Source of the DNA: a bacterium
GTDB taxonomy: Bacteria > Electryoneota > JAOADG01
Direction: 5' to 3'
DNA length: 64,000 nt
NCBI GenBank assembly: GCA_963681965.1
Contig: OY820579.1
Location: forward strand, 1,600,001 to 1,664,000
Under the pieces are notes generated by a model. That model did no database searches, was not told where the DNA came from, and saw only the letters and a list, made by a program, of their open reading frames with translations. The translations under genes and the position numbers were made by a program. This document shows positions 1 to 9,733 of the stretch, in pieces (the stretch's first letter is position 1; each line of letters opens with the position of its first letter).

Positions 1-1
1 T

Positions 2-406
2 GAAAATTAGTCGTCCCCATTCCTCTCCGGTTAGCGATCCAAATGCCGGGTGAGGATACCATTTTCCAATTGATCCGCGTGCTTTCATTTCCTGAAGGAC
101 ATTCAACAGTCTCATTTTCTCCGAATCGAATGTTTCCAAGCTAATCTCGACGTTGGGTTGCGAAGATTTGATATTGCGTTTGATCGGGATACTGCTCAAG
201 GCGATCGGTTTGATGATCCACCGGGTAATAAAATTACTCCTGTCTTGAATCGTAATTTTTCCAAGTGCCATTTCGATACCGGAGGTTACATGAGCCATCA
301 TCTGCGCGACATTCATGGTGCCCCATTGTCGAATTGAGTCGCGCTGAATTGTTTCTACTCGCTGTAAGATTTTCAAAAAATCATTTTTGTCGAAGATTGA
401 GTTCAC
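2..406 (-). CDS. DUF1569/DinB-like family protein, 3' end truncated by the window edge
   Basis: Not in the ORF track. Manual translation from GTG at 406, with GAGG upstream, gives MNSIFDKNDFLKILQRVETIQRDSIRQWGTMNVAQMMAHV..., matching the typical 'WG.M.V.QM..H' DUF1569 N-terminus. Confidence 0.7.
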   Translation of the reverse strand, partial: MNSIFDKNDFLKILQRVETIQRDSIRQWGTMNVAQMMAHVTSGIEMALGKITIQDRSNFITRWIIKPIALSSIPIKRNIKSSQPNVEISLETFDSEKMRLLNVLQEMKARGSIGKWYPHPAFGSLTGEEWGRLIF

Positions 407-601
407 GGTAACCTCGAGGTTAATCGGTGTTGAGAAAGTGTAATAATTCTGTTTTATTTTATTGAATAGGAGATGAAGAGAATATAAGCGTCTAGAATAG
501 GATATTGAAACCAATTCAGGCTTTTGATTCGGATCTGAGCGTATTCTGTTTCTTGCAGTATTGCCCAATTTCGATCCGGCTTATTTTTTAATCTTTTTAT
601 C

Positions 602-630
602 TGTCATTGCGGGGAACGCAGAGCGCAATC
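602..630 (+). repeat. Degenerate TGTCATTGCG...GCAATC REP-like element
   Basis: Shares TGTCATTGCG and GCAATC ends with the elements at 50521 and 52723. Confidence 0.4.
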
Positions 631-738
631 GTGAGCGCTCGAACTACCGATTAAACCTTTTTTCAAGAACCAATAACATCATTTATTTTGCTAATCATCG
701 TTGCGTATAATCGATATGAATTGTCACCTTTATGAAAC

Positions 739-770
739 AAAAAAAAGGCGAGCCTCGCAGCTCGCCTTTT
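739..770 (-). terminator. Intrinsic terminator of rpsA, possibly bidirectional
   Basis: A8-GGCGAGC-ctcgca-GCTCGCC-TTTT just beyond the rpsA stop. Confidence 0.85.
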
Positions 771-792
771 CAATACTCTATCGGAAGAAAAA

Positions 793-2631
793 TTACTCCG
801 CTGCTGGTTCTTCGCCAACAGTTTCATCCTTCTCTTCTTCCTTGTCTTCGTCTTTCTGTTCCTTCACCATGTCGCCGATGGTCGGTGCACCAGTCGGTAG
901 CGGCATGGGCATTTCGTCGTCGGACGGCATCGTCAAATCTTTGGCAAATTCGACCGCAGTCAAAATCACCTTACGATTGTCCTTATCGAATTCTGTCACT
1001 TCCACGACCAATAGATCGTCGGATTTGAGCGATCGTCGTTTTGGACCTTCCGGCGAGCGCGACAGCAACGAATTCGGAATGAATCCTTCGATACCGTACG
1101 GCAATTCGACGATGATTCCCTTTTCAACCAACCGGACAACTTTCGCTACCGTGCGGGAATGAATTGGGAACGTATCGGCAAACACATCCCACGGATTCGA
1201 TTCAAGACGCTTCAGCGACAACCCGATGCGGCGTTCGTCTTTGTCGAGCGACACAACCATCACTTCGATAGTATCGCCTTTCTTCAACACGTCGCTGGGG
1301 TGACGAATTTTCTTCGTCCACGACAAGTCGCTAATGTGAATCAAACCGTCGATTTCCGGTTCCAATTCGACAAATGCGCCGAACGGTACGAGATCGCGAA
1401 CCACACCCTTGTGCTTGCTGTTGATCGGATATTTCTCTTCGATCGTCAACCACGGATCCGGGGAAACCTGCTTCATACCGAGCGAAATCTTGCGATTTTC
1501 GCGATCGATCTTGAGCACTGCGACTTCCACTTCGTCGCCGACCTGAACCAACTGCGACGGGTGTTTCACGTGCTGCGTCCAGCTCATTTCACTGACGTGA
1601 ACCAAACCTTCGACACCATTTTCCAATTCTACAAACGCGCCGTAGCGAGCCAACGAGACCACGCGACCCTTGACCTTGGTGCCACTCGGGTAACGGGTTT
1701 CGATATCGTCCCAGTAATTTTCTTGCAATTGCTTGAGACCAAGCGAAATGCGGCGTTTATCGGGATCGTAGGAAAGTACTTTGACAGTAATGCGCTGATC
1801 GAGTTGAACCACTTGCGACGGGTGTTCGACGCGGCTCCAAGACAAATCGGTAATGTGGAGCAAACCGTCGACGCCACCAAGGTCGACGAAGACACCGAAG
1901 TCGGTAATATTCTTGACCGTACCTTCGATCACGACATCGCGGCGACCTTCTTCGATGATCAACTTGTGCAATGTATCCAGAATTTCCGTGCGGCGTTCGC
2001 TCAGACCTTCTTCCACCAAAACCTTGCGCGAAACCACGACGTTGCGGCGTTGGTCGTTCACCTTGATGATCCGGAAGTCCATCGTGCGACCAAGCAACTG
2101 ATCGAAATCGCGAACCGGATGAACGTCGACTTGCGAGCCGGGGAGAAATGCGTCGATACCCATCAGGTCGATCACCAGACCGCCCTTGATGCGCTTAACG
2201 ATTCTGCCTTGGACTGTTTCGCCCTTGTCGTGGAGATCTTTCACTCGTTCCCAAACACGGAAATGATCGGCCTTGCGCTTGGAAAGAACGGGGTGACCTT
2301 CGTTGTTCATCGCATCGAAAAACACTTCGATTTCGGAGCCGACTTTTAAATCGACCAAGTCGGAGAATTCATCTACCGGAATTACGCCATCGGATTTGTA
2401 ATTCAACGAAATCGTGACTTCTTTTTCGCTGATCGATGTCACTTGACCTTTAACAATCGTACCCGGTTCGATATCGGATGCGGTCATGTTGATCAGGTCG
2501 GAATAATGCTTCATCTGTTCGATACTATGCTCGTCGGACTCGTCCGGCAGCACAAGCTTGGCTTTCTTGCCCTTGCGAAAGATGACTGGTTCTGGAGTGT
2601 TAGTAGTGCTGGTGGTTTCCTCGAACGCCAT
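793..2631 (-). CDS. rpsA: 30S ribosomal protein S1
   Basis: 612 aa with repeated S1 domains (GTVKNITDFGVFVDLGGVDGLLHITDLSW, YGAFVELENGVEGLVHVSEMSW). Confidence 0.97.
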   Translation of the reverse strand: MAFEETTSTTNTPEPVIFRKGKKAKLVLPDESDEHSIEQMKHYSDLINMTASDIEPGTIVKGQVTSISEKEVTISLNYKSDGVIPVDEFSDLVDLKVGSEIEVFFDAMNNEGHPVLSKRKADHFRVWERVKDLHDKGETVQGRIVKRIKGGLVIDLMGIDAFLPGSQVDVHPVRDFDQLLGRTMDFRIIKVNDQRRNVVVSRKVLVEEGLSERRTEILDTLHKLIIEEGRRDVVIEGTVKNITDFGVFVDLGGVDGLLHITDLSWSRVEHPSQVVQLDQRITVKVLSYDPDKRRISLGLKQLQENYWDDIETRYPSGTKVKGRVVSLARYGAFVELENGVEGLVHVSEMSWTQHVKHPSQLVQVGDEVEVAVLKIDRENRKISLGMKQVSPDPWLTIEEKYPINSKHKGVVRDLVPFGAFVELEPEIDGLIHISDLSWTKKIRHPSDVLKKGDTIEVMVVSLDKDERRIGLSLKRLESNPWDVFADTFPIHSRTVAKVVRLVEKGIIVELPYGIEGFIPNSLLSRSPEGPKRRSLKSDDLLVVEVTEFDKDNRKVILTAVEFAKDLTMPSDDEMPMPLPTGAPTIGDMVKEQKDEDKEEEKDETVGEEPAAE

Positions 2632-3008
2632 TACAAATTTCCTATAAGCCTCCCCGCGTTGAACGCGCTCTTCTGGTTCCAGTAGGAACGTTAGTCGGCG
2701 ATACCTTATCGATAATTAACCAATCTTCATAAATCCCGGTATGATGTCCTCCGAGAAAATTTCCGATTACAGCATATCAAATTGTCGCGTCGACAAATAA
2801 AGAGTTAAATCAAAAGCGAGAGAGTAAAGGGACCGACTAGGTTACAGTGTTTGAACGGCGGTCCAATCCGAACAAAACAATACAAGTTATAACTATTCTG
2901 TGAGAAAATGCAATCTTTCTAGATTGAAAATTGACACACTCTCTGAGTACCAATAAACAGTATGTTCTTAATTTACTAGAACTTCGCGTTTGAAAGACAA
3001 TAAAATGC

Positions 3009-3878
3009 TTAGTTATTAATATTCAATGAATTAATAAATTCACTCGGAATTGGCACTTTGTTACCCGAGAAGTCGGTTGCCACGTGGACGCTACTTGCCG
3101 TCGCACAAACCTCGCTTTGTTCGTCAAGAATACGATAGCCGTAGGTCATTGAACTTGCTCCAATCCGGATAATTTCCAGCTCGATTGTTACCGATTGACT
3201 GGTTTGGAGCGGTCTCAAAAAGTCCCCTTCCCAATGGACGACGGGAAGTCCCCATTTGCGTTCTTGCAGCATTTTTCCAATTGAAAATTGTATACTCGAG
3301 AGCCACTCTTCATTCACCCGATGGCAGATTCGAAATAGGTTCGCGTTGAAAATAATTCCCGCAGCATCGGTATCATCCAGATGAATCGTCTCGTTCTTTC
3401 GAAAGACTACCCGCGAGTTGGTTTTGGGTTCCGGTCGAATGCCATTGATCCAATTTTTCAAGAACCGTAAACCCTTACTGTAACTTGCAATACCATTGCC
3501 TTTAAAGGTTGCCACACAGACATCGGTTAGATATGAAGTGCGTCGAAAGAAATCGCGATTGGAAGGATCGGTCAGGTGAACTTCAACGACCGGATAGGAT
3601 ACTGCTTTAATCGTATCGTGCAGCGACACGCTGGTGTGAGTTAGACCACCAGCGTTGAGCAAGACACCGTCAGTTTCGGAGCGGATTGCTTGGAGTTGAT
3701 CGATTAGTTGACCTTCATGATTCGATTGAAAATGTTTCAACCGGAGATCGAGTGATTTTGCTTCTTCGTCCAACTGATTTTGCAGTTCGGTAAGCGACAT
3801 CGTACCGTACAGCTCGGGTTCGCGTTCTCCTAATAAATTCAGATTGGGACCTTGAATAATCCAAATTGTCGCAACCAT
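3009..3878 (-). CDS. aroQ: Type II 3-dehydroquinate dehydratase fused to a hotdog-fold thioesterase (probable DHNA-CoA thioesterase)
   Basis: N-terminal GPNLNLLGEREPELYG, QSNHEG and THTSV motifs of AroQ. C-terminal ~135 aa has DTDAAG..F......CH...EEWL and LPVVH..DF, like 4HBT/cyanobacterial Slr0204-type thioesterases. One uninterrupted ORF. Confidence 0.88.
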   Translation of the reverse strand: MVATIWIIQGPNLNLLGEREPELYGTMSLTELQNQLDEEAKSLDLRLKHFQSNHEGQLIDQLQAIRSETDGVLLNAGGLTHTSVSLHDTIKAVSYPVVEVHLTDPSNRDFFRRTSYLTDVCVATFKGNGIASYSKGLRFLKNWINGIRPEPKTNSRVVFRKNETIHLDDTDAAGIIFNANLFRICHRVNEEWLSSIQFSIGKMLQERKWGLPVVHWEGDFLRPLQTSQSVTIELEIIRIGASSMTYGYRILDEQSEVCATASSVHVATDFSGNKVPIPSEFINSLNINN

Positions 3879-4972
3879 CAGGCAACCCTCCCTTTGTGAA
3901 GATGGGTAATGCGGCTAGTGATAACTTCAGTTATTATCTCGCTTCCAATATCCTGTTGGATAATGGGTTTTCCAATTCCTTCAAGCATAATCCAGCGATT
4001 GGATCCTGCACTACGTTTTTTATCGTGACTCAAATATGAAATAATCGTCTCAGGATTGACAATCGCCTTCGGTACCGGGATCTTTCTAATTGCTTCGTTG
4101 ATCGTTTTCCAGGTTGGTTCTGGTAAAAGGTTCAGTTTCAGTGAGAGATCGATTGCGACACCCAATCCCCAAAGAACAGCTTCGCCATGACGGAAGTAAT
4201 TATACCCGGTGGCAGCCTCCAAAGCGTGTCCGGAAGTGTGACCGAGATTCAAGTATAGCCGTTCGCCACGGTCGTACGGATCTGAATTTACTACCGCAAT
4301 TTTTTTGGATATACATTCATGAACAATGTCGATGGTTGGAGGTACAGAAATGTCTGATTCAATCACCTTGGTCCACATCGCATCGCCGATTAATAAACTG
4401 TATTTGTAAATTTCACCCCAGCCGCAATACAATTCCCGATTGGGTAAGGTTCGAATATAACCGGCATCGACGATAACATGTTCCGGAGGATGAAATGCAC
4501 CGATTAAGTTTTTTCCAGCACTGAGATTTACTCCTGTTTTTCCACCGATCGCTGCATCTACCGATCCGATTATGGTTGTTGGTACTGCGATCCAGTGGAT
4601 TCCACGAAAAACGATCGCCGCAAGAAATCCTACGATGTCGCTGATTACACCACCACCTAACGCAATGAGACACGAATTTCGATCAATCCCTTTGTGAATG
4701 CACTGCTCGGCGACACGTTCGATCGTTTGAAGGCTTTTTTGTTCTTCACCTGCAGGAAGTACAATCACTGCGGATATCTCTGACCTGACTTCGTTCCAGA
4801 TCGCTTCGTAATGACTCCAGACGTTGGAATCGGTGATGATAATCGATCGTTGAGCGGAATCTATCAGCGAACAGACAGAGCTGGGAAAATTTCCATCGGC
4901 AAAATGGATTTCAGTGGAGTGAGTTCCGAAAGTGAACGTTTGAGTTAAGGTTTGTAACATCGTATACGTCAC
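3878..4972 (-). CDS. aroB: 3-dehydroquinate synthase
   Basis: GEEQKS, ALGGGVISD, VPTT...VDAAIGGKTGVN, KNLIGAF and LNLGHT motifs. Confidence 0.96.
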   Translation of the reverse strand: MTYTMLQTLTQTFTFGTHSTEIHFADGNFPSSVCSLIDSAQRSIIITDSNVWSHYEAIWNEVRSEISAVIVLPAGEEQKSLQTIERVAEQCIHKGIDRNSCLIALGGGVISDIVGFLAAIVFRGIHWIAVPTTIIGSVDAAIGGKTGVNLSAGKNLIGAFHPPEHVIVDAGYIRTLPNRELYCGWGEIYKYSLLIGDAMWTKVIESDISVPPTIDIVHECISKKIAVVNSDPYDRGERLYLNLGHTSGHALEAATGYNYFRHGEAVLWGLGVAIDLSLKLNLLPEPTWKTINEAIRKIPVPKAIVNPETIISYLSHDKKRSAGSNRWIMLEGIGKPIIQQDIGSEIITEVITSRITHLHKGRVA

Positions 4973-5529
4973 TGTTGAGTTTTGGCGGTATTGATTAATG
5001 CAATGAGACGCTCGGTGGTAATCGTTACCGGTTCGTCTTCATCGATGAATATGATCGCATCGCAACCTTGATAAACACGGTCGCGTTCTTCACGAAGCTT
5101 GCGAATTAGAGATTCGACTTCTGCCGGCGAATTACAGCCAGCGATCAAGGGGCGTTTGGGATTGTTGCCGACTCGTTTACATAAAACTGGAATAGATACA
5201 TCGAGGAAGATGGAGAATCCGGCTCGATGAATCTCCGTTAATGCCCCTTTGATCGTTAATGTTCCCCCACCCAGTGCGACGACTCCTTTTGGTTCTCTAC
5301 ACACTAATTGAAGTTCTTCCCACTCTCGCTGGCGAAAACCTATCCAGCCCTGTTCTTGGACTTGTTGTGCGATAGGTATCCCGTACTTCGTCTCCAATCG
5401 TTGGTCAAGATCGTACACCGGAAGCCGGAAGGCGTAGCCGATCCGACGAGCCAGTGACGATTTTCCACATCCCATTAATCCCGCGAGGAAAATGTGTCCC
5501 AACGATTCCCCCAAGCAGCAAAATGACAT
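4969..5529 (-). CDS. aroK: Shikimate kinase (start uncertain)
   Basis: IFLAGLMGCGKS P-loop, DLD, FR..E, VALGGG and RPL motifs. Confidence 0.93.
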   Translation of the reverse strand: MSFCCLGESLGHIFLAGLMGCGKSSLARRIGYAFRLPVYDLDQRLETKYGIPIAQQVQEQGWIGFRQREWEELQLVCREPKGVVALGGGTLTIKGALTEIHRAGFSIFLDVSIPVLCKRVGNNPKRPLIAGCNSPAEVESLIRKLREERDRVYQGCDAIIFIDEDEPVTITTERLIALINTAKTQQ

Positions 5530-6641
5530 TTCATCTCGGCGATACTATCGCCACCGATTTTCGCAAGGAGTTCTTTAGCTAGAACAAATGCTACTACATG
5601 CTCGCCGACAATGCTGGCTGCAGGAACGGCACAAACATCTGACCGTTCTTTCAACGCTTGAGTTGGTTCATTGGTCGCTAAATCGATCGATCGTAACGAT
5701 TGACGCAGCGATGCCAATGGTTTCATCATTGCGCGGATGATAATCAGTTCACCGTTACTAATACCCCCCTCGATGCCACCGGAGTGATTGCTGGTTCGGT
5801 GAATTGAACCAGTTTCAGTCAAATTAAGTTGATCGTGGAATTGCGCACCGGACAGACACCCATCTTCAATATCGCCGATTGAAACCGATTTAATTGCCGG
5901 AATCGACATCACTGCTTGAGCCAATTGCCCGTCAAGACGGCGATCAGCCTGAACATAGGATCCCAAACCGATTGGAACATTAATGGAGATCACCTCAAAT
6001 TCACCACCTAATGTATCGCCTTCTAGTTTGCATTTATCGATTTCTTGAATCATCTGGTGCTCGGCATTCGGGTCGATGCATCGCACTAATGAACCGTCGG
6101 CAATGGAGTTTATCACATCGTAGTTTGTCAATTTAGTTGTAGCAGATACTTTACCAATTCTCCGAACATGCGATGCGATTCTAATATCGAATTGCGACAA
6201 TAATTCCCGGCAAATCGCTCCAATTGCCACTCGCATTGCTGTTTCGCGAGCACTTGCTCGCTCAATCACAGTCCGAATGTCGGTTAAATGATATTTAAGA
6301 ACTCCGGCGTAATCAGCATGACCCGGACGCGGCATGGTTAATGGTTCGCTTGGGTTTGATACCGGTGTGATTGATGTTTTCTCGATCCAATTTTCCCAAT
6401 CAAGATTCTTAATCAACAGACTGATCGGTGCACCTGTTGTGATACCATATCGAATGCCACTCAGTATTTCAACTTGATCGTGTTCGATTTTCATTCGATC
6501 GCCGCGACCATATCCCATTTGTCTTCGTTGAAGTTGCCGATCGATCAATTCAGAACTGAGTTCAAGACCTGCAGGAATACCATCGAGAATTCCTGTAAGA
6601 GCCTGACCATGCGACTCGCCGGCTGTCAGATAGCGCAGCAT
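5475..6641 (-). CDS. aroC: Chorismate synthase
   Basis: MLRYLTAGESHG, PRPGHAD, ERASARETA, NHSGGIEGGISNG and ERSDVCAVP motifs. Confidence 0.97.
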   Translation of the reverse strand: MLRYLTAGESHGQALTGILDGIPAGLELSSELIDRQLQRRQMGYGRGDRMKIEHDQVEILSGIRYGITTGAPISLLIKNLDWENWIEKTSITPVSNPSEPLTMPRPGHADYAGVLKYHLTDIRTVIERASARETAMRVAIGAICRELLSQFDIRIASHVRRIGKVSATTKLTNYDVINSIADGSLVRCIDPNAEHQMIQEIDKCKLEGDTLGGEFEVISINVPIGLGSYVQADRRLDGQLAQAVMSIPAIKSVSIGDIEDGCLSGAQFHDQLNLTETGSIHRTSNHSGGIEGGISNGELIIIRAMMKPLASLRQSLRSIDLATNEPTQALKERSDVCAVPAASIVGEHVVAFVLAKELLAKIGGDSIAEMKCHFAAWGNRWDTFSSRD

Positions 6642-7444
6642 AGTTCGATCTCCAATTGTCTTAAACTTTCCTCAGGGAATGCCCGATCTGTCCAAATGGA
6701 GAAGGATGACATTGCCTGACCCAATAAAATTCGCAATCCGTTTTGTACGGTCGATCCCGATTCAATCAATAGTTTCATGACCGACGTCATTATCGGTGAA
6801 TAAATTGATTCAAGATAATAACTTCCCGGTAGTGGAAGTAGATTGAATGGGAATGGAGATGATACTCCATCAGAGCCAATCGGTGTTGCATTAACAACTA
6901 ACGAAGAATTTTGCCCGAGTGCAACGCGATCGACCCAAGAATGAATAGACAAGAGGTCTGGATATCTCGCGCAGAGACCTTTCCACTCCGGTAGAAAATG
7001 TCTCATCGATACGGCAACATGCCAATTATTTTGCAACAATTCCAATGTCGAGGCACGCGCAAATCCTCCACCACCAAGAATCAATGCATTGCGATCAATG
7101 GTTGATAAATTCCATGGTTTAAGTGCAAATTGAAGTCCGAAACCATCTGTCGAATCAGCGATCCAACCTTTCTCGCCTCGAATGAGTGTATTGGCAGATT
7201 GAATTATTTTTACCGTCGAACTGATATTTTCGCAATATTGAATTACCGCATATTTGAATGGATTCGTTATATTCAATCCTTGAAAACCATCGCGGAAGAG
7301 TTGATCAAGCGTTTCATGCAAATCTTCACTTCGGGTTGGAAGTAATTGATAACTTCCTTCCATCCGAAGTTCATCGAGTGCTGCTAGATGTATCTTTGGA
7401 GAAAGCGAGTAGTCAATCTGCCCACCGATGAGTCCCAGTTTCAT
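6626..7444 (-). CDS. aroE: Shikimate dehydrogenase
   Basis: SLSP.IH, GLNITNPFK, ANT, TDGFG, LGGGGFARA and VNATPIG motifs. Confidence 0.93.
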   Translation of the reverse strand: MKLGLIGGQIDYSLSPKIHLAALDELRMEGSYQLLPTRSEDLHETLDQLFRDGFQGLNITNPFKYAVIQYCENISSTVKIIQSANTLIRGEKGWIADSTDGFGLQFALKPWNLSTIDRNALILGGGGFARASTLELLQNNWHVAVSMRHFLPEWKGLCARYPDLLSIHSWVDRVALGQNSSLVVNATPIGSDGVSSPFPFNLLPLPGSYYLESIYSPIMTSVMKLLIESGSTVQNGLRILLGQAMSSFSIWTDRAFPEESLRQLEIELCCAI

Positions 7445-8733
7445 GAAACAACTCCCAGCTTTTCGGAAAGCTCTTCGAAAAATCCGGGATAGGACACATC
7501 AACCGCTGTCGCATTAACAAGTGTGGTTTCACCTTTTGCGACTAAGCTGGCAACAGCAAAACTCATGGCTATTCGGTGATCATTCATGCAATCGATTTTT
7601 GAACCATGTAACCGTTTCGTAGCTTCGAAGGCGAATCCGTCGTTGTACTCTTCACACGAAACCCCCATTGCACGCAACCCAGCTACTAATGCCAGAATCC
7701 GATCGCACTCTTTTAATCGCAATTCCTGTGCATCTCGTAATTGAAATCGTCCTCCCGATCCGGCGGCAACGATTGCCAAGATCGGCAATTCGTCAATCAA
7801 ATACGGTACGGATCCGCCGTTGATATCAAAAGAAAAGTGTCCACCGGAGGTAACAGAGATTATTCCGATCGGTTCACCATTACTTGTTGATTGTTGTTCG
7901 ATCGTGATCTTTGCGCCGGCAAGCATTAGTTGTCGATAAAATTCTATTCGACTGGGATTGATCCCGACCGATTCTAGAACAAGTGCCGAGCCCGGCACCA
8001 AGAGCGCGATCGTTGTCCAAAATGCACCACTGGAAGGATCACCCGGAATAATCCCGTCGGGTATTGGAATTGTTGTATCGCGAGACACACGCCACGAAGT
8101 GACATTATCAACTTGAGTCGGAGTTAGTTGTAATAACCGCTCAGTGTGATCGCGTGAGGGAACGGGTTCAATGATCTCGGTATAACCATCTGCATGCAAT
8201 CCGGCAAATAGCAATGCGGATTTTAATTGGGCACTGGCAATCGGCATCCGGTAACGGATCCCATGCAAAAGTGATGGATGAATATTGACTGGTAGTTTCC
8301 CATCCGTGGTCGTAATTTGCGCCCCCATTAGACGTAATGGGTCCGCGATCCGGTCCATTGGACGATTACTCAATGATTGGTCGCCAGTCAATTCAGCAGT
8401 AACCGATTTACCAGCTAGAACACCCATCAACAGACGACAAGTCGTACCGGAATTAGCACAATTAATTGGGACTGTCGGTTGGTGTTTACCTATCGGACCA
8501 ATGATTCTGAAAGTAGAATGATATTGATCGATCTGAATGCAATCTGTCGATACACTTAATCTTTCCAAAGCAAACAAGGTTGAATAGAGATCGGCACCAC
8601 AGCGATAGATGGTTAGGTCGATAGGTTGAGAAAATAAACTCGCTAAGAGCAGGCGACGGTGTGCAATGGATTTATCGGAGGGGAGTTCGATCGAACAGAG
8701 AAGTGGGTGTTTCGCTGCCGATATTTTGATCAT
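7441..8733 (-). CDS. aroA: EPSP synthase (class II-like)
   Basis: [46 protein letters not shown] and DHRIAM motifs. Confidence 0.96.
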   Translation of the reverse strand: MIKISAAKHPLLCSIELPSDKSIAHRRLLLASLFSQPIDLTIYRCGADLYSTLFALERLSVSTDCIQIDQYHSTFRIIGPIGKHQPTVPINCANSGTTCRLLMGVLAGKSVTAELTGDQSLSNRPMDRIADPLRLMGAQITTTDGKLPVNIHPSLLHGIRYRMPIASAQLKSALLFAGLHADGYTEIIEPVPSRDHTERLLQLTPTQVDNVTSWRVSRDTTIPIPDGIIPGDPSSGAFWTTIALLVPGSALVLESVGINPSRIEFYRQLMLAGAKITIEQQSTSNGEPIGIISVTSGGHFSFDINGGSVPYLIDELPILAIVAAGSGGRFQLRDAQELRLKECDRILALVAGLRAMGVSCEEYNDGFAFEATKRLHGSKIDCMNDHRIAMSFAVASLVAKGETTLVNATAVDVSYPGFFEELSEKLGVVS

Positions 8734-9602
8734 GTGCTGGGAAACGCTCGATCAATCGCAGTTGCAATCCGCGACAGATCGTAGCTTAAAGACTTCAATT
8801 GAGTAGGATAGAGTGACTGATCGCCGTCGGAAAGTGCACAATCGGGATTGGTATGGACCTCAATCATCACGCCATCGGCACCAGCAGCAATTGCAGCACG
8901 TGCCATCGGTGAAACCAATTCGCGATCGCCGGTTGCATGACTCGGATCGGCTATGATTGGAAATGAGCAGATTTGTTTCAATTTGGGAATGATTGTTAAA
9001 TCGAACGTACTCCGCGAGTAATCGACAAATGTGCGAATTCCGCGCTCACAAACCACAATCTGATCGTTCCCTTCGCCAGTGATGTATTCGATCGCACCTA
9101 ATAATTCGGTTAAAGTCGCTGCCATGCCACGTTTGAGTAACACCGGTTTGCGAGATCTACCTACCCGCCTTAGTAAGCTAAAATTCTGCATGTTACGCGA
9201 TCCGATTTGCAACATGTCAACGACAGGTTCCAACTCGTTGACTTGGGCAATATCCATGACTTCGGTTACCATCGGCAGATTTTCGTGATCCGCCGCTTCC
9301 CGTAGCCATTTGATCGCTTCAATACCAATCCCCTGAAACGCTGCTGGTGAAGTACGTGGTTTAAAGGCACCGCCGCGTAAAATCGTACCGCCCGATGCCC
9401 TGACAAGTTTTGCAACCGCTCTAATCTGATCGAATGATTCAACTGCACAGGGACCGGCAATCATTACTAGCCGATTGCCCCCAATTAACACATTTCCCAC
9501 AGGAATGGGTTTGGTCGCGATGCACTGGTTAGACGTGTCGGTATATCCCGACTCTAATGGCGGGACAACAGAATTGCTGGGAAGTTTATTCGATTCAGGC
9601 AT
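8730..9602 (-). CDS. aroF: DAHP synthase, class I-beta
   Basis: [43 protein letters not shown] and DPSH motifs. Confidence 0.95.
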   Translation of the reverse strand: MPESNKLPSNSVVPPLESGYTDTSNQCIATKPIPVGNVLIGGNRLVMIAGPCAVESFDQIRAVAKLVRASGGTILRGGAFKPRTSPAAFQGIGIEAIKWLREAADHENLPMVTEVMDIAQVNELEPVVDMLQIGSRNMQNFSLLRRVGRSRKPVLLKRGMAATLTELLGAIEYITGEGNDQIVVCERGIRTFVDYSRSTFDLTIIPKLKQICSFPIIADPSHATGDRELVSPMARAAIAAGADGVMIEVHTNPDCALSDGDQSLYPTQLKSLSYDLSRIATAIDRAFPST

Positions 9603-9733
9603 AGTATGATAGATTGATAATGATAATAAATTCTCGAGTTTCGGATTATTACCGAAACCTTACAATTTCGCTATGGATTGATACGAATGCAAGGAGGTAC
9701 CGTTGGAGATTATATCTTGTTTCCGACGGACAA

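Noticed and set aside
1159-2349. 396-aa + strand ORF, and similar ORFs at 26469-27233, 27787-28395, 31047-31682 and 54851-55678
   Set aside because: Antisense shadows of strongly codon-biased real genes (rpsA, rluD, FxLYD gene, degP, pheT/zap).
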